DNA of 64,000 nucleotides from Camelus dromedarius. Taxonomy: Eukaryota. Location of the stretch: NCBI RefSeq assembly GCF_036321535.1, contig NC_087437.1, forward strand, positions 73,844,001 through 73,908,000. Reading direction: 5' to 3'. Position 1 is the stretch's first letter, and each line of letters opens with the position of its first letter. Both the position numbers and the translations under genes were made by a program. Below the pieces are notes generated by a model that saw only the letters and a list, made by a program, of their open reading frames with translations, was not told the origin of the DNA and made no database searches. Shown here in pieces: positions 50,983 through 62,147 of this stretch.

Positions 50983-52739
50983 GCTCCACCCAGAAGGAAA
51001 ATTCACAGTAGCTCTGGCCTTGGGACACAAGTTTACTTGGCAGATGCCTCAGTGGGGCCCATGTAGTCTGAGACCAGGGTTAATCAGATAATTTCTATAA
51101 CAAATGCTTTTCTGAAGTATTCCCATATTGGTTCTGCAAAACTGCTGGAACCCCAAAGGAAAGGATTTGCTGTCCAAAAGTAATAGAATCTGGCTTTATA
51201 AACATTATAAAAGGGATAACTCTTTCCCTCTTGACTAATTCCAAAACATCCTAGCTTCGTCTTCTTCCTGGAATAAGAAGCGAAAATGCTCTTCTTGCCT
51301 CCAAAGTGATTCATGTCCTCTTGGGCAATTAGCGACATAGTAGAATCTCATGGGTTTGCCAGCATGACTTCAAAGCCAGCGCTAAAGTGATATGAAATAA
51401 AACGCTCTGTGAAAGGGAACAGTTTTAGAGGTGACCTAACAATGACAACTTGTGAAACAAGGTAGTCACAAATACTGATGTTTGCCCAATTTGATGACCG
51501 GTTAACCTAGCACAGTGACTGGTGACATCTTAGACCAAACAATCTGTGCTACACATACTGTGTTTTCAAAATATGATCAGTATAAATGCATTGTTCTTTT
51601 GACGTCTGTTGTCATAAGATAGTTGGGATGTCAGGAAGAGTCGCTGAACTGTTAACAACCAAGGGAATGAATATATTCAGTTTGGCGTGTCATGTGGATC
51701 TTTAGGAAGTAAATCTCCTCGTGCTGGCCAAGCACAGTTAGAAACCCTTTTTTTGAGTCTTCCTCTGCAGGCTTCCCTGCTCTGCATGCTGAGCTCACTA
51801 CTTACCTGTCATATTCTGCTGAAGAGAACAGGATGACAAGTCTCGATCCATGTCTGCAACATCACAGCAGGTGAGTTTTACTTGGATGAGCCAGAAACCA
51901 TTCTCAGCCAAAGAGATGTCTTATTAGCAAGCATGAAACGATGAGACAAATTTAACTAAAACATAGTTTATAGAAAATATTTTGCAAGAGCATCAGAAAT
52001 CTCCTCTATTCACCTGTCCACCCCTTTATTTAGAACATAAATTTGCAGCATAAAAATACTTATGGAATAAGACTCAGCTATAGCTCTCCAGACAGTTCAC
52101 ATCATCAAAGAACTGAAAGGCTTCATTTACATGACAACATATGTGGAGATATCTTATTTATAATCTAAGTCTCTATTATCTATGTAGTGGGTAAGTTAAC
52201 CAAGGCCTAATGCCAAATTTAAGACCCAGTTTTTGTCCTAAGACTTTTCATGTCATCAAATTTGTGACAACTCCAACTTTCCAACAGCAATTTTAAAAAA
52301 TGGATTAAACTTAAAGGCAAGGAGAACGTTTCTGTGACTGCAGAGTGACGCAGGTGTTGGCAGTCGAGCGGCACGCATCATATTCTTTCCAATGCAATTC
52401 TTCTCCAAGCACCCTCATTGCTTTCACTCCTTAGATTTTCCAGGATGCCAGACAGAAGCTTCAGATGTTCCTCTAGTCTTTCTCCTCCCTTACCCCATAT
52501 GTATAATATCTTTTACTGAGCTATATAGTCCAAGTTTCCAAACTTCTTTTTGTCTAACACCCTCTTAATTTCCATTCATAGATTTTCAGGCCTAACTGAA
52601 GGTAACACACAAGGGCCCAATTTTGGTCTCCTAGCTAGTGTCCTGAATTGCAGTGATAGCCACTCACTTCTCCTCCCCCAACCTTCTCCACCTCCAATCT
52701 ACCCTATCTGCTCTTTTTCTTAATTGGAATCTCAAAAAC

Positions 52740-53972
52740 GTGCATTATACTTGACTCCTTTCTGTGGGAAATACTCTCTTCCTTTGGATTTGATAACCAC
52801 ATAGTTTTCCACCTGCTTGTCTCTCTATAGCTTATCGCTTCTTTTGCTGACTCTTCCTACTCTACTGGGCTTTCAATGCTGTAGCCTTCAAAGGCTGCCC
52901 TTTAACTCCTCTCTTCAGACTCCACACTCACCACCTCCTAATGTCCAAGCCCAGGACTCTAATTAGGATTGCAACATTGACTGTCTCAAATTCGCCTCTC
53001 AAGTTCCGTTCTCTCCTCTTAGCCCCATGACCGTGCATACAATTGCTACTCAACACTGCTATTGAATTCAAATATACTTCAAAATTAGCATGACCTAATG
53101 TGAATTATCTCCCACCCCTCACCAGGGCCTCCTCTAGAGTTTCTTACCGCAAGCAATGTCATCACCATCTAATTGCTCAAGTTCAAATCCTGAATCTCAC
53201 ACTTGCTCTAAAGGACTCTCCTTCTCTACCCAGTCCTCCTTATCTCTTAAATAGCTTTTAAATGTTCCAATTCTCTTCTACCCACTACAAACTCTGTAGT
53301 CCAAACCTACCATCTCTCGTGGGGATTACTGAAACGGCCTCCAAACTGATTTCCTTATGTCCACTCTTTCCTCACACTTTACCTCTTTCCACGGAGCTTT
53401 TTTAAAAAGAAATATTTCAGGTTATTTCTTCATTTCAGTGATTTCTTTCATTAGTTCTCCATTGTTCTGCAATAAAAACCAATATTTTTAACATGGCCTC
53501 ACAAGACTTTGCATTATACGATCTAGCCCTTGGCTATTTTCTGCTCATACCACACCCCTGCTTGTTTTCTGCACTTCATCTGCCTCAGACTTCATTTAGT
53601 CCTCAAAAATTCTGTGCTTTTTCCTATATCTGAACTCTTGCTTATGTACCTTCATTTGCCTGGGACACTCTTCTACATCCTTTGTGTTTTATGGATTGTC
53701 ATCCACCCCTGAATTCTTAGCTTAAATGTCTCTTCACTAAGAGAGCCTTCCCCACACCACGTCCGCCTTCCCTGCACCCTACGTGCACATTTGCTCTACT
53801 ACCATTCTGTATCTCTCTTTAGCACTTTTCTAATCAACAATTACACATTTATTTGTATTTATGAATATATCTATAAAATAAATCTTGTCCATGAGGGCAG
53901 ACATTATACCCATTTTATTCAATGACATATTATTAGTGGCTATAATGGTGTAGAATACAAATTTGTTAAATA
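52740..53972 (+). mobile_element. Long L2 LINE fragment (RT region to 3' end)
   Basis: ttgactcctttctgtgggaaatactctcttcctttggattt...ctcccaccc...gtccatgagggcagac...aaatttgttaaataaa. Confidence 0.8.
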
Positions 53973-55799
53973 AAGTCCAGATAAATCCACTTAAAATTGA
54001 ACCTTCATGTTCTTTTATTATTTAAAAAACAAAAAACAAAAACACCTTCCTGTTGCTTGCTTTTAACCTTTACTACGTGGCTTTCAAGACTTCATAAGCC
54101 TGGGTATGTTATGTTTTACGAGACCTGGCCCCGATCAGCACCGTGTATATGAATGTGTTCCTCCCTCAGAGTCTGGGAGATGATGTGGAATAAGTTGCGT
54201 ATACATGATTGATTTCAAAGATGTATTAACCCGAGTTCTGTAAGAGAATGTAGTTCAGAATTGCAGAATTGAACAAAATGACACAGAGCAGAATACACTT
54301 AGGCGCTTTAGTACCATGTGGGTATGAGCTCTGTAAGTGAAAATCTAACTTATTCTTAGTAAATCTGAAACAAATAACTGTGCGGAGTAATGATGTGCAG
54401 TGATTGTGTAGGGGGAGTCCTTCAGATTATGATGACTATGGAGCAGAACTTATAATGCCTTGTGGAAACTAAATTGAACAAATGTCTTTGAAGCAAGAGA
54501 ACTTTCCATGAGACCACATGTCTTCAGCAAAATAAGGAAGGCTTGCTAGAGCCATTATGGTGTACTATATTTTAGTCACATCCCACCTCTTACTCAATGA
54601 TTTTGAAAGAGCCCATAGCAAAGGGCATATACACAAGAAAGTTAATAAAATCAGAATCTTGAACAGAAGGAGAAAGTAAGTAGATGGGTGGTTGAATCAC
54701 TCAAAATTCTTGGTTGCAACCAAGAGAAATAGACCCTAACTAATTTAAGCAGAAATTAGCTCAAAGGAATCGCTATCATCTGGTCTAATTCTCTCAATTT
54801 TTAACTGACAAAATTAAGAATGTGTTAAGCTACTTCTTTGACATCTTGTGGCTCAATTGTATTAATGCCATGGGTCATAATTTCTCTTTATAGTATCTTA
54901 TTCCTTTCAATGTGTTTTATTTTACTCCCTGAATAATTTCTTATAAGTCTTGGATGTGAGCACTTATATGAATCTACATTCACTTTTTTCCTATTCTCTT
55001 GACTTACTTATAAAAATATATGATGGATAAATGAAAAGAGATTAAGAAAAATGCATTACATTTCACAGTAAAATGTATAAGTGCAAATTAATAATCTGTA
55101 TTTTAAAGTAGAATGTTAGAGGTCATTTCTCTAAACTTTAATATTATGAGAGAGAAATGCAAATATCAAATTGGCATTTTCTTGCCATGATCTGCTGTAT
55201 TTGCCAAAGCTTTGTCATTTGTGAGTAATACAAACAAAAAAAACTTGTGCAAATAAAACTTCGATGTTGTACAAATGTATTTGTATGTCACTTATTTAAA
55301 TCTGTGTTTACAGAGAAATACCTTCAGTGCTATAATAAAAACATTTCTCTTTGACTTACAAAAATTTCCATTTAATATTCCCATATTTCTACATGCAATA
55401 TAATGAATTCTCTTAGTTATGAATTTGAGTCAGTAACGTCAAGTATAATTTTTGAAGTTAGTTTATAAAACAGACATTGTCCAAATAAATAGTCTTGCTT
55501 CTGTCTTTCCCCCAAGGGCCCTTTCTTGATCTCCACCCACAGTCTTATAATTTAAGAAATTCAATATGAAGAGACTTGGTACTTATATGGTATGTTTAGT
55601 TGTTAGGCTAAATGGATAATTTTACAAACAGATATGCATAGTTAGAATCTACCTTTATTTAGACATAAGAAATCTTTTAGTGAATTGGGTTTAGATCAGC
55701 TTATTAAGGAAGTCAACTCTTTAATTTTTGACAAGGGAAATAACATGCTCTAAGAGTAAGCCTAATGATTCTAATGGTATAGAGTTAATTCATAAAGAT

Positions 55800-56030
55800 A
55801 TTTTTAGCTAATATTTATATGAAATGCTAGGTATTTTACATGTATTACCTTATTTGATTTTTACAACAAAACTAGGAGGACTTATTGTATCATTTTGTTT
55901 TTCCAAAGATGAACCTAAAGCTTATACAAGATAAGTAACTAACGTCAAACAGCTAATACATAGAGGAGATAAGATTTGAACCCCCGAATGCATGACTTCA
56001 GAGTTTAAGTATATAATCACAAAATTGCAT
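55800..56030 (-). mobile_element. MIR SINE
   Basis: attttacatgtattaccttatttgattttacaacaa...aagatttgaaccc...tgacttcagag. Confidence 0.75.
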
Positions 56031-56483
56031 TACCTTTCAATGTTTATCATATCTTTAATTTAAGGAATTTTAAGCTTGGTAGTCAGATATTTGCCAAATA
56101 AAATTTTCATGACTGTTATAGAGTTGGTAATTACTATTACTTCTAATTAGAATATTGAACTAGTGAGACTAAGAAAATAGAGATGATCTCATTAAAAGCA
56201 CTCAGAGGAACTTTTTCAATGTTAGGGATTGATTTGGCAGAATATTTAACAAAGTTATACATCATTTTACAGCAACGTAAAGGATAGTGTAGAATGCTAT
56301 ATAAAAATCTCGATTTCTCTGGGTGGCCAAAGTATCTGCAATTACTCTATATTGTATATTTCTGTTTGATTTCTTCAAAAGTAGTTTTACACCACTAAAA
56401 GCTAATCATTAAGCATGAGCCTATAACTTTTCTCTGTCCTGTTAAGAATGCTTTTCAAATTGACAGGTATTTTAGTTTATTGC

Positions 56484-57330
56484 TGTGGTGACTGCTAGTG
56501 GTCTGAATGTTTGTGTCCCTTCTAGATTCACATGTTGAAGTCTTAATGCCAGTGTGACAGTGTCAGGAGGTGGGGCCTCTGGAAGGTGATATAAGGTGAT
56601 ATGAGTGCTCTGTAAAAGGGGCCTGAGACAGCTGCTTTACTCCTTCTGCTGTGTGAGGCCACAGCAAGAAGCTGGAAGTCTGCAACCCTAAAAGTGCCCT
56701 CACTAGACCATGCCGGCACCCCAGTCTTGGACTTCAAGCCTTCAGAACTGTGAGAAATAAATTTCTGTCTGTGATATTTTATTATAGCAGCCTGAACAGA
56801 CTATAACAGTGACTTTAAAACATGTCTACACATGTATTCACACTCCTCTCATGGAGATATAAGAACTATGACCCCTCTTCTTGAATTTGGACTGACTTTA
56901 TTGACTCATTTGTTCCAATACATGCAGCAAAATTCACACTGGATGACTTTAGAGGCTATATCAGAAAAGACCATGCAGCTTCCACTGGATCTCTTGAGAT
57001 ACTCACCGTGGGCATCCAGATACCATGTAAGAACTCTGACTACTTGAGTCCACCATGTTGACTGGTGAGGCCTGTGTGTTTTGACTGACAGCTGTAGTTG
57101 AACCCTGCTGGCAGCCAGTATCAATAGCCAGACATGGGAGTGACCCTCTTGGGACGTCCAGCCCAGAATAATATTCAGAAAACTGACTGTAACTACAGGA
57201 GAAATCCCAAGTCAGAAATACTCACACAAGTTCTTCCCAAATTCTTGACCACAACCCCCCCTCAACTATAATGGTTTTTAAGCCATTAAGTTTTGGAGTA
57301 CCTTGTTCTGCTTTCACAGTAACTAGAAAT
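56484..57330 (+). mobile_element. Older MaLR solo LTR (MLT1F/G-like), interrupted near its 5' end
   Basis: tgtggtgac [insert] tttaaaacatgtc...cactcctctcatggag...cttgaatttggactg...ttttaagccattaagttttggag. Confidence 0.85.
56493..56808 (+). mobile_element. MaLR solo LTR (MLT1A-like), nested
   Basis: TG...CA, 316 bp, perfect 5-bp TSD GTGAC at 56488-56492 and 56809-56813; ggtctgaatgtttgtgtccc...cagaactgtgagaaataaatttctg. Confidence 0.9.
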
Positions 57331-58329
57331 CTGTTATTGACTCAAGGAAGACTTTCTTACTGGGGCTCCCTAACAAACACCGGGCTGGGGATGACTGGTG
57401 AGCTTGGCTGGCTGCAAAACCCTCCAAGTTTCAAGGAGAAGACCTTGGGTTGGTGGTGGTGGTGGTGGTACTCTGTGTGTCCACGGTAAAGCCCTGCTGA
57501 CCTTTGGATCAGCCCAACTGAGAACTTCCCAAGACTTTTACATGCCTCACCACATTCCCTAAAGTCTTACCACATTCGGATAATTGCAGGAACCACCTTG
57601 ACCAAGTTACATCATTTGAATCCAACATTAAAGTTCCAGGCATAGTTTTCCACAGTGCCACCAGAGTCAACTTGCTATATAAGCCACAGGTTATATAAAA
57701 ATGATGAAACGTCACACATGTGCATCACAAATTGCCACTTGGGTAAATGACAGACAGCTATCCAACCAAGCCCACGACGGGAGGGTCTGTGGACAGCTGG
57801 TCTGGCCATGGCCTGCAACAGAAGTCAAGTATAACTGATAGTTCAGGAAAATATAATTTCACATGTGTTCCACATCTTCTTTTACTTTGGCGCCTATTTG
57901 AAAAATATAATCTTATGATAGTTCTTCTTCCGGGTTTGAAATTGATCCATCACTAACTCATTCACGTTCTTATTTATTTAGTCATTCAACAAATGCTGAC
58001 TGAGCACTTATGCAAGACCCAAATTCTGCCTCTTAAAACTTCTTATGTTCTTTAGTAAGAAGAATGGCTTAATCATTTTTGGATGCTTTAATGCATGTAT
58101 TTCAAATTAGACTGAAGGGTAGATTATACAATAAAACTTTAGTAAGGCAGTTGGTTGTTTTTAGGAAAAGTAAACATAATTCCTATATTACACTATAAAT
58201 GTATTACCTTCAAAATGAAACAGACCCTTAACTCTCACAGCACTCTTCTGTTTTCACATTTAACTTTCTTTTTTTTTCTCCTTAGCAGCTAGTGATCCAA
58301 ATAAACTGAGATAATCTCAAGTTTCTTTT

Positions 58330-59490
58330 CACAGAGGAATTAGATCCTCTCAAATGTAAAATTCCTGTCTTTGGATTTGTCATATGTATTTATCTACATT
58401 GATTCATCCCACCACCTTCCTCTTTGTTATAATAGATGATGTGTTTTTCCCGTTCTGAATCCAGTCCCTCCACTGGCACTCCATTCTCATCAGTTTTTCC
58501 CTCATCATGGTCTTTGCACTATTAACCATGCCCTATCTGCCTTGTACGTCCAGTGTCTTACTCATTGGTTCTTTCCTATCAGTATGTAAGCTCTCTTATG
58601 TGGGCTGCTTCTTAAAATACTAACAAAAATTAAACCATATTTACCTCATCTTCCACCATATTGATTCTCTCTTTTTTGTCTGTCCCTGTCCCTGTCTCTT
58701 TCTCTCTCTGTTTCTCTCTGTCTGTCTCTCTCTTTCTCATACACAGACACAAACATACACAGACACACACACAAAGACACACACACTGAATTTGTTATTT
58801 CCATACGCATTACCTCTATTTCTTTGACCTCCTGTAAACTTGCATTAGCCTGGCACTGTGCTGTGAAATGTATCCCTTGGTAAAGTTACTGCTGACTTCC
58901 CTTTTGCCTGATGAAAGCAGTGGTGCCCATTGGTCCCCGTATCCCCTCTTTTCCCTTTACAAATCTTCCTCCACATCAAAGCTGGAATAATACTTTTAAA
59001 AATATAAACCACATAATGTTGATGCTGCTTAAAACATCAGAGTCAGTCTTGCTTCTTTTCAGACAGAGTTGAATATCCTCTGGTTTTACGAGTTCCTCAA
59101 CCACCTGGTGCCTGTCAGCATTGCCAGCCTCACTTCTCTCTATGCTTCATCCCCTCTGTTCCTCTAAGCTCTAGTCATATCGAACTCCCTTTCCTGCAAT
59201 GTGTTCTTTACCATGAACCTTTCTACGTACTCTTTTTCCTCCAAAAAGCCTTCTCTTCCCTTTACCCTTTAGGTTTCTTCTTAGACATTATTATTCTGAG
59301 AAGGCTTTTCAGCTTTCATAGCTGGTATTTGATGCCCTTCCAGTGGCTTTCTATGTCATCCTGCATTTCCTTGTCTTAGCACTTATCACACTTTATTAAT
59401 TACTTGCTTATGTTCCCCATTAGACTGTAAACCCATCAGGTTCACTGCTCAAAAATCCAGGACTTATGCCTGAATAAGTGAATGAATAAT
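58330..59490 (+). mobile_element. L2 LINE fragments containing a (CT)n/(CA)n compound microsatellite (~58690-58786)
   Basis: ttagcacttatcacact...ttagactgtaaaccc...aagtgaatgaat 3' end; upstream pyrimidine-rich L2-like text. Confidence 0.7.
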
Positions 59491-59494
59491 CATG

Positions 59495-60760
59495 CTATAC
59501 AGCAATAATAAATTCCAAATGGACTAAATATTTACATACACAGAACAAAATTGCTAGACAACTAACAATGGGTAAATATCCTTCTGTTTTTGGCATGAGA
59601 AAACCTACCGAAGCCTACAAGCAAAGGTATACATTGTCAATAAAGCAACTGATTATAAATCCATTAGCATACAAGCAAGAAATATACGGCAGTAAAAATA
59701 ACCACCAAAAACAATATTGGAAGCCAGATGACACGTTGGGGGAAAATATTTGCAAGATATATAATATAAGTGGTAAATATTGATGAAAAATGTAAAGCTC
59801 TTAAACATCGATATGAGAGAAAAATTCTTCATTAGAAAAGTAGACCACAATATGAAATGTATGTTGCAGAAGAAGAAACACAAATGACAGATAAATATAT
59901 GTAGTGAATACCAGGGAATGTTCATTGTGTTTATAATTGTGTCAGGCATGTTCTAGGCACTTTACAGTGTTAACCTATCAATTCTCAAAACAAACTAGTG
60001 AGTTAAATGCTATGATTATTCTCTTATTTATCTTATAGATGAGGAAACTAAGTCACAGAGAGGTTCAGTCACATTCCCCAAATCTCACAGTAGTGGTTGA
60101 GCCTGGTTAAACCCAAACAATCTAATCTAACAGTTCACATGTTTAGAAGCTCTGCAAGTCCCTGATGCTGTTATGATGTTGGGAACATACTTAACCTCGC
60201 TAACAACAAATCAACATAAGTGGCAAGACTTGGCTGATTAAATTAGGAGCTTTATATACCTTTAACAGTAGGAAGAATTGAGTAAATGGGACTTTCGTAC
60301 ACAGCTGGTAAGAAACTGAATAGGTCCAAACTTTCTGAAAAACAAATCTTAAAATGGTGACTTTGCTTCAACCCACTCATTGCATCATGTTTGATTGGTT
60401 CAAAGTTTTAACATCAATTCATTGCAGCTTTGTTTATAGGAGAATAAAACCTTAGTTACTTAAATGGCTTACAGAGATGGAGTGAATAGATAAATTATGC
60501 TAAATGTATAAAATGTATTTCTATGCTGATATAAAAATTACATTTAAAAGGCTATTCAATAATGAGAAAATGTTCCCAAAGAAATTGTTAAATAAAAAAA
60601 CATACAGTAATATTCCTATATTATAAAATAAAATACATTTTTAAATTGAGGGTTATGCATTAATTAAATAAATGATCATTTTTGGCTAGTAAACTTGTAG
60701 ATAACTTTTTCTTATTTTGTTTGCTTTCTGAATTTTCTAAGAGTCCTGTGTTAAAAATAA
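59495..60760 (+). mobile_element. Ancient L1ME ORF2 3' part, interrupted by a MIR
   Basis: aataaattccaaatggactaaatattta...ggggaaaatatttgcaa...cattgcagctttgtttatag...gaatagataaattatg. Confidence 0.7.
59920..60150 (-). mobile_element. MIR SINE
   Basis: tgtgtcaggcatgttctaggcactttacag...tatagatgaggaaactaagtcacagagaggttcagtcac. Confidence 0.9.
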
Positions 60761-61704
60761 TTTTTTAGTCAAAAAAATTTAATATGATAAAATTCCAGAC
60801 TTTAGGATTTGATTTTTGATTTTGAAGTTAGATAGATTTTATATATTCCCACTGGGCTCTGAGCTCCCCTTCCGTACAACTGGGCTAGAAAGCATAGCTT
60901 ACAGAACTAGTGTAAGGATTAAGTGAAGAATGAATAAAGTACCAAGTGTGTAAAATATGAACAAAACATACAAATTCCCACTTTCTTGGTGCCTAAGAGT
61001 CTTGGCACAGTCCTGAAATTTGTTCAACCAATTTCTAAAATCTCCATAGTCAGTTCAATTAGGTGATAAGCCAGGGACTGTTGGGATGTTAAGGGTACGA
61101 AATAATGTGGCTGCTGGAGATTCAAGCCAGTTCCCAGAACAGGCAACCAGTAATTCCAGTTACACTGCCTAACATACAGTTTACACATGGGGGCTTGACT
61201 CAAGTGAATGTCACTTTCAAAGGAGTCTAGCCCGGAGGTCACTGAAAGGTAGCATGAATTTTCAGTGAGCAGGAGTATTTGGAGAAAAATGGATGACTGT
61301 GTTTGTTCTGGGTGATGAGTTTAACTTGGAGCATGTTATCAATGAGTGCCTTAGGTTGTGTATAAATATGACCGTCCTTCTCAGCAGAAGATTCTTGAAA
61401 ACTCTGCCAGAACATTTGGCTGACATTGACTCAGCCCTTAGAAATTAGAGTCAATAACTAATCTGAAATCTAAGGCCATTTTAGGATGACCAAACATGGC
61501 AGGGTTACAAGTCAGTTCCAGCCAGCCATGTACACTAAGTACCAGCTTTAGATTTCACTGATGGGAAAGGATTCTTGGCTTCGGATGCTGGGTGACTGAA
61601 TCTCTCAACTCACATATTAGTGGCCCGAGGTCTACATTCCATCTAACACATACATCTCTTACATCTGAGAGATGCATTTCACTTGGCTCACAGTTTAAGC
61701 AAAA

Positions 61705-61930
61705 TTAAAGCTGTTTCCAATGCTTAAATATTGGGAGACTTCATGGCGAAATTTGGATTTTGGCTTTTTTTTTTTTTAAGAAATATGTGAATACCTGGCA
61801 ACACTGGGATCTATTTCTATATTGTAAAAACTGGCTGGCGCTGAGTAGCTGCTCCTCGCTTTAGATGAGGCTTGGGGTCTCCAGTCATCCGTATTACTCA
61901 CTGCCTGCCTGGCCCCTGCAGGGATTTGTT
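61705..61930. mobile_element. MER102-like hAT-Charlie element
   Basis: ctggcaacactggg...ggctggcgctgagtagctgct...tctccagt...ctggcccctgcagggatttg. Confidence 0.7.
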
Positions 61931-61998
61931 TACAGTCTCTCCTAGTTCACAGGGCCGCCTGCTTCCCACGGGAGGTCGAAAGCTGTTAAGACTGCTTG

Positions 61999-62147
61999 TG
62001 CGTCACGCTGATAATAGAGCACCCTTCTGTCTAATCACAAAATTTCAAAACCAGAGGGTTAAGTAGAGGTGGATTTGTAGGCCTGGTCTGGCTTACTGCT
62101 CTCCCACGTATATAAAAGGAACCAAGAAGCGTTAGGCAAGCAGTCCG
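61999..62147 (+). promoter_or_regulatory. Candidate TATA-box core promoter
   Basis: TATATAAAAG at 62109-62118; Inr-like CAGT with A at 62142 (31 bp from TATAAAA at 62111); upstream TGCGTCA and CACGTA motifs. Confidence 0.3.
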
